Source of the DNA: Adineta vaga
Lineage: Eukaryota > Animalia > Rotifera
Direction: 5' to 3'
Assembly: GCA_021613535.1 (NCBI GenBank)
Contig: CP075496.1
Coordinates: 13,764,001-13,828,000 of the forward strand
Length of the DNA stretch: 64,000 nt
Shown here: piece after piece, positions 1 through 11,945 of the stretch
Layout of the letters: each line of letters opens with the position of its first letter
Position numbering within the stretch: the first letter of the stretch is position 1
The notes under the pieces: generated by a model
Databases searched by the model: none
Told to the model about the DNA's origin: nothing
What the model saw: the letters and a program-made list of their open reading frames with translations, nothing else
Program-made: the position numbers and the translations under genes

Positions 1-277
1 CTTGGAGTGGCACATTGATTTGTACTGTCCAATGATGGCAGATTCCCTCTCAAATCATCGGTAAAATTACTCAACGTATCTAGTTTCTCATCATTGGTTG
101 GAGAATTTGCGATCAGATCATCAGTTCTTTGTTTCGGTATAGCTTCTTCGGCAGCAGATGTCGATGTCTCATCCGATGAAGAACTCTAAATAGAAATATG
201 AAATCGTTTTATAACAGTAGTAACCGTGAATACCATCTGGAGTGCATGAGTGTGGGTATCGTTTTTAATGGACAGCC
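1..277 (-). CDS. Partial spliced gene of unknown function (acidic, Ser-rich), continuing off the left edge
   Basis: Minus-strand exons at ~235-277 (LSIKNDTHTHALQM) and 1-185 (SSSSDETSTSAAEEAIPKQRTDD...) with AG acceptors and a GT donor that join in frame. No family recognised. Confidence 0.5.
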
Positions 278-812
278 TAAAGTAACAAAATTCAAAAGAA
301 ACAGCTATGAATCGCTTTCTGATTTTGTAACAACAAAACGCAGAGAAATTTGGTTCAACTTTTTGAAGAGAAATTGAACAAAAAATCGAATACTACGCAT
401 GTCGATCAATAACAAGCAAATCAATACTTATATTAGGTAAAGAACTTCTTTGAAACGACTGTTATGTCAATGTTGTCCTCGTCTGTTTTACTAAAATAGA
501 TTTGACTATTGTTTTCTATAAGACTGGCAAGCATCCAATAAGAATTTTGTTTTGTCAAAACAAATAAAACGAATCTTTATCATAAAAATCACCAGTATTT
601 CACGAAGTTGTGCGACTAATAACAATATACCACTTACCTTTGTTATTCAGATATTTCTTTACATACTACATCGAGCAATCGAGTTTAATCATTCGATTTG
701 CAATGGAATGTAAATGCATAAATCAAATGAGAGATTTATTCATATAAAATAGTCGTAAAATTTCGTTTCTAGTTTAGACGAAAAGAATTCAATGAAGGAA
801 AGAAAGAAAAGT

Positions 813-3483
813 TTATAATCGAATATTTTTCTGTGTTTCTTTTGCTTCATGTTGAAGTGCTGCTTGTTTTTCTTCCAATTCATTTTGTTTTTGATTATAT
901 TTATCTTGCATAAGTTTAATTTCACGTCTCGTTTGTTGTAAATCATCTTCTTCGGTATTTAAATCTTTCAAATATCGAGTCATCAATTCTGATTTATCAA
1001 TTTTTTCCAATGATTTGATATTTTGTCGAATACGTTCTTGATTTTCAAAGATTGATTTAATATGTGCTTCACGAGATTTAATTCTTGTATCTAAATCACG
1101 TAAATTTCCTTGAATATCAACAATAGCCAAAGCTTTATCAAATAATGATGTTGGAATTAAATCACGTTTTGTTGTCCATGTTCGAATTTGTGTATCTGTT
1201 ACTTTACTATCGATCATATGTCGAAGAACTTGTTGAACATATTTCTGTCGAATAATATTTTGAATTAATACAATTGTTTTTTCATCAATTAATTTCGCTT
1301 GAACAAGATCAGGTACTTGTTTTTCTAAAAGCATTTCTAAACCAGCTGTATCATAAATCTTTGTACTATGATGTGCTTGTTCATCAACAATAAATTCAAT
1401 TTCTTCTTGTGGTTCAAGTTTTAATTCAAAACGACTAAAACCAACTGTTGATTTAATACATTTCTTTTGTGTAATAACAACATAACCACCTAACGATGGA
1501 TCACTAACATGATCGATATAAAATTTCGATACAGGTCGATTTAATGAATTGTTTTTGATTAAATAACGTGTTCGTTTTATATGAACTTCTCGAAGATCAA
1601 TACCGATTGGACTTGATTTTGTTTCGATTTTATTTATTTCCGAATTGATAATATCAGCACTTTGAATATGAACTTCTTGAAGTGATGAAGGTGTTGTACG
1701 AAGTATTGAAACAGTTGAATCAAAACCATAACTAAAGCAAAGAGAATTAGATGAGCATTTGAAACATAATGTTTAATTACTTGACTAATTGATCATCATT
1801 GGGTAACATTGGTGTAAAAGCACATTGTGCAACAAAACGTCCTTGATCTAAAACAGCAATACTTCCTGGTGCTAAAACAACATCACTATTATTTCGTAAA
1901 TGAACAGCTTTAATTGCATTTAAATCATTTATTTTTGGATCATAATAAAGTACTAATTGTGCATCCATATGCCATTTATTAACAGTAACTAAAGCACTTT
2001 CATGCGATCGAATTGTTACTGGTGCATTTATTGTATAAACAACATGTTCACTGAGACCACTCATTTGACTTGAATCAATTGATTCATAATTTTCATCATC
2101 ATCATCAGCAACTTGTGTTCGACCTGTTATAGCTTTACGTTTTTTCGAATTTGAACTCTCATCTGGAGGACCACCACGTAATCGAAGTACCAAATGTAAA
2201 GTCGACTCTACAAATATGACAAAAATCATTGCTTTATTTTTTCATCGAAAACAAAACATGTACCTTTTTGAATATTATAATCTGATAATGTTCGACCATC
2301 TTCTAATTGTTTACCAGCAAATATCATTCGTTGTTGATCAGGTGGAATACCTTCTTTATCTTGAATTTTTGTTTTCACTTGTTCAATTGTATCACTTGCA
2401 CTTACCTTAAAGATATGAAAACGATTGATAATAAACAAGATTAACTATATAGACATACGTCAATTGTTATAGTTTTGCCTGTTAAAGTTTTAACATAAAG
2501 CTGCATGCCACCTGATGAACGTGAACTTTCAGTCAATCGGTCTGATTCACGTTCGGTTGCAACAGTTGTTGTTTTGTTATTCTTCAAAATTTCTAATTCA
2601 TTTGCAACAAGAACAAGTTCAATTTGAGACCAATCTTCTTCTGTTGGATTATTTACTGAACCAAATAATGTTAAGTCAACTTTCGATGCATTCGTGTTTG
2701 CTAATGATGAATCAATCTCACATCGGTATAAACAACGCCATTCTTTTGTTGCATAACAATATGAAACATTTAACATATTGAGCTGACGATTAGGATTAGT
2801 ATTCGTTGTAAGAGTAGTTGTTGGTAGTGATGGTGGAGGTGATGCGTCATTTGTATTGAATAAAATTCGAATCAAATCTGAATTTGTATTCGTTGCTGGT
2901 TTCTGATTATTCAATGTTTTATTCAAAACTTTTTCTAATTGATCTTGTAAATAAGAATCCATTAATTTAATTCCATCGATTGCTGACACTGAATAAAAGA
3001 TATATAACTTTATTTTAATCCTCAGTTTAACTTACAATCAAAATGACGAATAAATCCATCTTTATTCAATAATTGAATCATATGATTCGTTGTTGTTTCC
3101 GATGAATTTGGACTAAGTAATGTTGGAACTTCATCAAGTAGAATAATTTTACCGATTTGTTCTTTATTATTTCCTTGAATTGTTAGAACAACTTCAGCGC
3201 CAATGCATTTCTTAAGAAAACTTGCGATTGATTTTGATGAAGAAAAATCATTGAATAAAAAGAATCGTTCAACAGAATTTTCAGCCACAAAACTTTCATG
3301 TTCTTCCGTATCATATGTAACTGTATTAGCTGTTGTACATAGTGTTTCAATAACTAGTTTCTTATGTTTTTTGGCGACATGAATAACAGATGATGAAGCT
3401 GAACGATCGATTGTTCGTTCGAAATAACCCAAATCATTCTTGTATAAAGTAATACGTTGTAAAGGTATCGTTGTTGTTGACAT
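813..3483 (-). CDS. DUF4139/DUF4140-like (bacterial-type) protein with an internal ubiquitin domain and C-terminal coiled coil; 5 exons (3483-3036, 2988-2459, 2405-2264, 2207-1781, 1731-813)
   Basis: All four GT-AG introns keep the frame. Motifs [67 protein letters not shown] and [12 protein letters not shown]...RYLKDL resemble bacterial DUF4139-family proteins as recalled. A 76-aa ubiquitin lies at 2506-2170. Confidence 0.85.
2170..2506 (-). other. Internal ubiquitin domain, split by 2 introns
   Basis: Spliced sequence [76 protein letters not shown]; 67/76 identical to canonical ubiquitin by manual comparison. Confidence 0.97.
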
Positions 3484-4699
3484 CGTTGACTTGACAAAAT
3501 AGGAAAGAATAGAGCATATTTTTTTGCTGCACGTGCTTTTATATTCCTATATAACAAGAGAAAATATGTCAAACTATGGTGCAATACACGCATGAAACAT
3601 CGGCTGGATCATTCTCGAAGTAAAGAAAAAGAAAAAACCAGGTAATGTTATTCACAAATGAAAGACATATAAACTCTTCAAATAAAATATTTATCGAATC
3701 AATATGTATTTTTTTGGAACATCCATATTTTACCCAATACAAAGATAGATTGTTGTTTTCGATTTATTATTTATCAAGAAAAAAAATTGAATGATTCATA
3801 TTCCGAAATAGTTTATAATGGAAGAATTGTTGAAGTGTCATTTGTGATTGATTTACCTGGTTTCTTTTCAGCTAATAATTCATAATAAATTGTTGAAGCA
3901 TTCTTTGCTTCCATCTCAATATCTTCGGTAGCTGTTATAAAAGTACTAGTAGCACTAGACGAAGACACGTTTACAATTAAAATTAATTTCTTATTTCACT
4001 AATATGTGTAACAGTTTTAATAACACATCGGCTTATATAACAATGTAATGAACTTTTTATTTGAATACATATTTTAATAGTCGCAGGAGTGATAATTATA
4101 CCAACAGAATTTTAACGATTGAATTTAGCGATTTATTTACCTGTGCGATATAAACTTCAAATACTCCATTCAAAAATTGGACTTGAAAGAGGAAGACTTT
4201 GACGAACGAAATCGACTTCTTCACTTACAATAACAAGGAGAAAAACAGAAGACAACACCTAAAAGAAAATCAACCCTCATTCATATAAGTTTTTTCTTTC
4301 TTTCACACAGTATCTTCTTCATTGATGATAGAGTGTTGAAAAGTCACGTCTACTCGAATGTGCAATATGCTTATCTAGTATTACTACTAGTCATAATGAT
4401 AATGATGAATACAAAAAAAAGGGAAATGTTCTGTTTCTTTCTTTCTGGAAAATGAACCGTCTGGGTCAATAATCAATCAATAGAATATATTTCCTCAAGC
4501 AAGAATCCGTTTTTTTCCTATCATATTCATTCATATGACCATCTGCTAGATAGACTGACCTTTTTCTTCTTTTTTTTTGTTGCTAGATGCATATATGTGC
4601 ATCTTTCTGTTCCATTAGTTCCTCCTCACATTAACGTAAATGTTGAACTTTATTATTATTTAGAAAGAAAGATTCATTGTAATATAAAAGTGAAGAAAG

Positions 4700-7600
4700 A
4701 TGTTTCGATGGTTTTGTCTATTCATAATTCTCTCTCAATCAAATGGAAATCCTGTTTTAAATAATGATTCAAATGTTCAATCTAATCTTACATGTGATCA
4801 AAATATCGCTGCAACTAGCAATCAGAGTTTATATGAAGTAATCATTAAGAATTCATTAAAAAAAAGAGTTTTTTTCTTTTTTTTTATAACGATTATTTAG
4901 TTATTGAATCATAATCGATTTTGGTTTGTATCAGCACGGACTAAGTTGATCTATGGTGAAGAAACATGGAATAATGTTCTAATGCAAACATCAACAATTG
5001 GAAATGATACGACATATATGGAATTTATTGGAGAAGATCGGTGAGTATTTGTCATTTATTACAAAGAAAATTTTGATTTGATTCATTTTTCTTATCATTA
5101 GAAATGGCACTTGTGTGAATTCCGACAAAGGTCAACTTCTTCCGGATGTGAAATCAAATCGTGTCTCTGTTCATTGGCCAAATGAAGAAGGTAAATACAA
5201 TTGACTAGTAGAAAAGAACATCGAAATTTGTTTATTAGGTTTTATTGAAATGATTTATATCGATGAAAGAATGATTCATTTAACTCTTTGTTATTCAATT
5301 GATACAAATAAAACGGATAGTTGTGCTCAGAATCAAACGGAACAATTCCTTGTGGATAATAATCAATCTAATAATGAAAATGATACATTAGTATGGTTAA
5401 AATCTCATTGTTCGACGATTAATTTCGATGATTTTGTTATTAATGTTAATCCAGGTAGAGAAAAACTGAATGAAATTTGATAGATTTCTTCATTTATTCT
5501 AGAAAAATGTCTATCTATGGTATCTCAACCGGAAATTGTTTTAATTAATTCAACAAAGGAATCGGTTGATAATCATAATGAAACAGTTGTGAATGATCAT
5601 GAAAATATAACTGTAATACCTATGGTAGAAGCAGAAACTACGACACGAAGCAATCGAACGAATCGATTGGATGTTTTAGAAGAATACTATAGTAATGTGA
5701 CTGAAAATGTATTGAATGAAGAGCATTTCGAAGAAACAACAATGTTAGAAATTAAACCAATTGTTTTATTATCAGCAAATGATGAAATAAATCAAACAAA
5801 TCTTACTTTAATTGAACAAATTGGTAAGTAGAATATGATATAAAACATATTTCATAGACGAAACATAATTTTTATTAGAATCAATTGCAAATGAAACAAT
5901 TGATCGAGAAAATCCTTCATTTAAGTTATATAATATAGTGTTAAATGAATCATCAACAGAAATCATTCCTGAAGATGAAAATACGACAAAAGAAATGCTT
6001 TCAACAGAAGTTTATAATAATACAACTGTTGTCAATACTCATTCAGTTGAATCATCAGTCATTGCAACAACTGATAAACAAATCTTGGATGAATCAACAA
6101 CATCTATGGATGTAAAAGATTCAACTGTACTAATAACAACGGAAAGTGAAGTACCAAGTACAACACCTCTAGACACAACAACAACAACAACAACAGTTGA
6201 AGTTACCACTATTCCTGCTGATTGTCCAGTTTTAAAAGATTGTCCATTTGATTATTGTGCATATGCTCGTAAATTCGATAATCGTGGTTGTCCAACATGT
6301 AATTGTATTCAATCAAATAAATCAAATATTAATTGTCCAGTATTAACATGTCAACCATGCTTATATGGGCATTATACTGATCCTAATGGCGTATGTTTTC
6401 GAAATATTCTTATTTTAATATTTTTTCATTTTTCATTCTTAGTGTCCAGTTTGTCAATGTCAAAGTCGTCCATATCCACCATTGGGTGAACGTTGTCCAC
6501 AATTGAATTGTGAACCATGTTATTTTGGTACAGTTAAAGATGAATATAATTGTGATACATGTATTTGTATTCGACCAAATAATCAAGAATGTCCTGTACT
6601 TGATTGTCCATTTGGACCATGTAAATATGGTTCAATAAAAGATGAAGATGATTGTCCAACATGTGATTGTTTATTACCAACAGGAAGTTTGACAGAAGTC
6701 AATTGTTCAACAGTTCATTCCTGTCCATCATGTCATCTTGGTTATGTTAAAGATGCAAATGGTTGTGAGACATGTCAATGTAAATTACGTGGAAATGTTC
6801 CATGTGCACCTGTAGACTCACAATGTCATTGTGATTATGGTTCATATTTAAATCCAGATGGATGTGAAACATGTTCATGTTTACCTGATCCAAAGAATGC
6901 TTCTCGGTTAGTAATGAATTTGATATTCATATAGAAAAATTCATTGACTTTTTCTTTCTTATTCTAGTCAAGCATGTTGGGAATTAGCAAATCAAGCAAA
7001 TTTTCATAATATAACTGGACCAAAATGTTCATTAGATGGATCATTTTATGCTCGTCAATGTGATAAATCACAATGTTGGTGTGTGACACCAACAGGTCTT
7101 CATATTGATGGATTTGAATCAGGACCAGAGGAAAGTGTTAATTGTGGTAAATATCTTTTTTGTTTTGTTTATCAAAAAACAAATCTTCGATTCCCCCTTT
7201 TTTTTAGCATGTGCAGTAGAATTGTATCAAGTCTCAAGTCTTCGTATGATTGGTCATCATTTATTATGTTTATTAAATGGAAATTATGCACCGATTCAAT
7301 GTGATGGTCGTTATTGTTCGTGTGTTGATGAAAATGGTAAAACAATTGGACCAAGTGTATCGATTCAAAATCGTGATCAATTACGATGTGTTGGAGTTTA
7401 TCAACAACTTCATCCAGGTATTTTCTTACAAAGACATATAGTTAATAATTTTCATGTTTGAATGTTTTCTCTTTTGATCAATGGAATAGAACGATTTATT
7501 TTACATCGATCAAGTATTGAAATAAGTGATCCATCTCAAATTTCTCATGGAATTGCTTCATCATTATGTTTAAAACATCTTGAACAAGTTCGTAATGCCA

Positions 7601-7880
7601 ATGTAACAGACGAACATATTCTCATTCCTGTAAGTATAAACTAATTTCATTAAGATCGATTACCCAAGAGAAATGTTTACATGATAGAAGAGAAATTCAT
7701 TGAGAATATTTAATCATTTATTTATTTGTATATCAATAGGAATGTGATGCAAATGGTCTTTATGCATCTGTTCAATGCGATCAAAATGAACGTTATTGTT
7801 GGTGTGTTGAGAAGAAGACAGGTGTTGAAATGGAGGGAACACGTCGACTCAATGCTCGACCTAATTGTAACATTACTTAA
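4700..7880 (+). CDS. Secreted multidomain Cys-rich protein: signal peptide, lipocalin-like domain, Thr/Glu-rich mucin-like stalk, 6 antistasin-like repeats, 3 thyroglobulin type-1 repeats (putative protease inhibitor)
   Basis: Signal MFRWFCLFIILSQSNG. Six C..C..C.xG...D.xGC.xC.C units at ~6225-6880. QC...CWCV/CSCV thyroglobulin-1 motifs at ~7055-7085, ~7298-7326 and ~7773-7808. Stop TAA at 7880. Multiple short introns. Confidence 0.85.
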
Positions 7881-8397
7881 TTGATTGACTTCACTTTTTT
7901 TTACATACATTTTTCTGATTATCATTTGTGTGTACGTATATGAACATTTGTTCATTATTCTGCAGTGTTTGCTTTGCTTTTCTTTGCAGTCTTTGTAGTG
8001 TATGAAAATTGTTTCATAGATCATTGAATTTCAATAGACTTTTAGTAGAAAAGATAATTTTTTGAGTAAATGATCGGAGAGAAGAAGAAAAAAACAGAAC
8101 ACAGATGAATTTTGTTTTGTAATCTTGCACTTGTTTATATCGAAGATGAGAAGTACATTGATGATATTCAATAACAAAAACATGGCAAATCTTGATGTTT
8201 TTTCTTATGGAATCATCTTTCCGAAAAGATTTCTTTTCAAATAAATTTCTCGGCAAATCGTCCTTCATTTTGTTATTAATATTGCATTGAATGATAAGGA
8301 AGAAAAAAGTTCAGACAGTGCATTTTTTTCAATGTAAATTTAACTTCAATGTCGAACAAACGAGAATTCACTACCGATCTCTTTTTTCTTCTAATCA

Positions 8398-8478
8398 TGC
8401 GCACACACCCCCCTCAGTTTCTACTAGTCAGCACCCCTTTTTTTTCTTCGTTGTTGATTTTAATGAGAAGTATAAATA
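8398..8478 (+). promoter_or_regulatory. Candidate metal-response element (TGCGCAC, 8398-8404) and TATA box (TATAAATA, 8471-8478)
   Basis: Exact match to the MRE core TGCRCNC about 70 nt upstream of a TATA box, which lies about 60 nt upstream of the ATG at 8530. Confidence 0.45.
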
Positions 8479-8529
8479 AGTCTTGTACTGACATACCTTT
8501 ATTCATTTAAAAAAACTATAAAACGAACA

Positions 8530-8736
8530 ATGTCCAGTGCCGGAGCAAATCAAGAAACAGAAGGTGGTACATTCAAAAATGTCATCGATGATCCAGCAAC
8601 AAAACCTCAATCTCATGAATATGCCGAACAAGGCAAAGAAAAATGTTGTCCAGGAGGATCATGTCAAAAGCCATGTGGAACTGATAATAAAACATGTGCT
8701 TCAAACGAATGCTGTGGTAAAAAAAAACAGACATAA
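8530..8736 (+). CDS. Small Cys-rich, metallothionein-like protein (68 aa)
   Basis: C-terminal half KCCPGGSCQKPCGTDNKTCASNECCGKKK has 7 Cys with CC pairs and is Lys/Gly-rich. Good ATG context, upstream TATA, AATAAA at ~8766. Confidence 0.65.
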   Translation: MSSAGANQETEGGTFKNVIDDPATKPQSHEYAEQGKEKCCPGGSCQKPCGTDNKTCASNECCGKKKQT

Positions 8737-11700
8737 TATTTTCGATTTTATGTAATTAGATATTAAATAAAATTTTTCAAATAATAGTTTCATGTAAATA
8801 TGTTGTTAATCAAGTAGAATTGGTTCTGTTTTATTATATGATTTTATTTTCATTAACAGAATTGACATCAGACAGATCGATTGTTTGATGGGATATAAAA
8901 TGTTTGAATACAACTTCTGTCTTGATAATCGATTATTCTCATATCAGTTCTGCACGAGTTCATGGCTGTCAATGAGAATATTCTGTTGGCAGTTAGATAA
9001 GCAAATCTAATGAATATTTTGATTTTTTGTTTCATTAAGAAGATAGAAATGGTATTATTGAATCTGATATAAATGTCAGAAAATAATTGGATAATAACAA
9101 TGATGAATGTCTTATATAATCGTCTTTTGAGATTATTATGCAAAGAAGAAGGTAATCGTACAAAATGGAAATTATTTCGAAATTCATTGATTCTTCAAGT
9201 ATCTCAATCTTCAAATTCAAATTGATCAAATTACGAGTTATAAGCAATGAAGATTTATTCAAATGAAAGAAAAAGACAAATATTCGTGCGTATTTTTTGT
9301 TATTGTTCTTTGAAGGAGAAGGAATATCTTGATGGCTAGACTTTGATAAGATAAATGTTCGTTATTTTCCCTAAAGGAATTATTCGTTGAAAAGATATCA
9401 CCAGCTGTCATTCAAGCTACTAATATTAGTATCATGGTCGTCTCTTTGATCAATACTTGTCTTTGAAGGACACAGATGACGTGTGAATTTATGTAGATTA
9501 ATCGTATACTATTCACATCAAAGTAAACTATCTTGAAAAATATTAAGGATACAAATCAATCGACTGATAAGTTCATCTCAGGTTATAGATATAACACACA
9601 CACGCACGCGCAGACATATTTTACCTCGATCTTATGTAATGAAAAAATTCTTTTTTTATTATCAGATATTATGAATTCTACACAACAGTTCATCATTTAT
9701 CATATATTTGTTTATTTATATCCTGTTCAGTTAGTCTAATCGACAATTGTATTATATCTAAAATTTAACATATTTATTCTTCTTCTTCGTTCAATCATTA
9801 AAATTGATATCGATATTTCAAGTGAAGGAATATATTAACCTTAACATATAAAAAAAAAACTTTGAATTGAATCATATTTTTCTTTCTATACGATAGTTGA
9901 TGTAATTAAAAGATCATATATAATTGTCAACATTTGTTTATGATGTAATCTAACTATCTATTTCGAATAACTTTATTCAAATCGATGAATCATTGTCCTT
10001 GTTTGACACATTTTCTTTTTCGTTAAATGATACGCGTATTGAACTTCAATTGTTCTCATCTTATACTCGATTTGTACATCCTCGAGCCTTCTTTTTTCTT
10101 CTTCTTCTTCGTTTCAATGTTAATACATTAATGTAAAGGTAACATGTGCATGTCCATCAATATTAGATACATATGCGTGTGCAGACAAGTTGGTAAAAAC
10201 GATTAGTTTATAATAACGTTTACATTCACACGCACACAACAAGAAACTATGGTCGTTTTTCTATCAACATTTATAATTGTAACGTTGACTATGAGCTTCT
10301 ATTATTGCATAATGATGCTTAAGGCAAGTAGAAAATGAAGAAACAGAAAGGAAGACTTGCTTTTGTTCAAGACAATCGACAAAAAGGTGCTTCTTTTATA
10401 GAAGACAAAGAACAAAAGTATGGCTTCTTTTCTTTTTCTTTTTCTTTTTTTTGTTAACACATCTCATGTTCATTAATCATATATAATCAAAGTGATGATC
10501 GACTTACAAACGACAAGAATTCTTGTGTGTTCTTATTCGATAGAATTCATCCGTATAATTGAAAATGAAGATCAAATAATCGAAGTTCAGGTTCATTGTC
10601 ATTATCTTCATTTGATACTGATCTCGTTTATTATAAACAATTCTTTTTCATCTTTCTTTAATGTAACTCTTATTGAGTTATATGTCAAAGGATGAATAAT
10701 AAAGTATAAGGTTAATTACTACTTAAAAGAAATCAAGTAGACGAACAAAGAATGTGTTGATTACCTAGGTGAGAGAGAGAGAGAGAAAGAGGAAATAGTT
10801 GTAATCTAGAAGATATGATTTTATATGTATGTGTATGTACCTATCAAGCATAGGAAATTTCATTTGACTTTTTTCTCTTTCGATGTTATCATATATACGT
10901 AACACCTTATCTTTTATTTTATATTACATTACATACGAAAAGATTTCTTTGTATTGTACTTTTTTTTTAATAATTATTCTTCATAGAATATCTTACCTAT
11001 AAATCTCTCTTGAGAAGATTATTACTTCGAGCAATATATAATCTTCTCTCTTATATATATATACTTCTTTCACAATCCATATCATATTCATATCCAATGT
11101 TGAAATATAATCTATTTCTTTTTATTCTCTTCTGTTTAGTATCTCATCTTTTTCTTCGTTTGCTTAGAAATTGCACGTCCATGGCCAGTATGTCATGTCA
11201 TCACTCTTGCATTATATATGTTCTAGACGAAAAAAAAATGTAAATCAGCCGTAGTATTGATTGACAAATAGTATTCTTTAACTAGTATGCATCTGCTACG
11301 TTCTCTTTCGTTCTTTGAAGAAGAAACCTTGAGAGGTATGTGAAAAAAAGAAATACATAGTAAGAGTAGATTGATAGAGAAGTGTGTACTCCGGAATAAC
11401 ATCTTAAAGATGATAAAAACGTCATTATTTGTTTTCTTTTTTTTAACAAAAGAGCGATTAATACCATCGACTTAGATAATGACTGAAAAGTCGGTCCATT
11501 AGGCAAGCGAATAAAAGATATTTTGTGTGTGTGCATGCCGATGCTTGGATATGTTTGAAGCATTCAGAATAGTGATAGATAGAACAATAAATGGAATGAC
11601 AAGAGAAAGAGAGAAGATTGCTTTGCAATTATCTCGATATTTGGCGAAGGTCATTAGAAACAGAACACGATAGAAGACAGACAAAAGCACTACGACTATT

Positions 11701-11945
11701 CGCGCGTTTTCTTGCATGCCAGAGCTTTATATAAAGACACAACCAGTAATAATAATGAAAAGAGAGAGAGAGACAGAGACAGAGAAAGGAGAGAAGAGAA
11801 CGGATAAAAGAATACGAGCGTCTCTAGGATCTATTTAGGGCACTAAGCACATGAACGAAGTAAATATAGAAAATGACTTTTAGTTTTCCGCATGAATCGA
11901 TGCTGTTATTTATGTTCTTCTTGTCATTATCTTTTCTCTTTTAGT

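Noticed and set aside
2170-2506. Stand-alone ubiquitin or polyubiquitin gene
   Set aside because: Only one unit, in frame with long non-ubiquitin sequence on both sides and with no stop after GG.
3790-4260. Exon-like minus-strand segments (VSSSSATSTFITATEDIEMEAK...; AG/GT-bounded 4141-4258)
   Set aside because: No ATG or coherent spliced ORF; could be UTR or relic sequence, so not supportable as a gene.
8868-11717. Short ORFs between the metallothionein-like gene and ENT
   Set aside because: AT-rich, low-complexity translations with no motifs or consistent splice structure.
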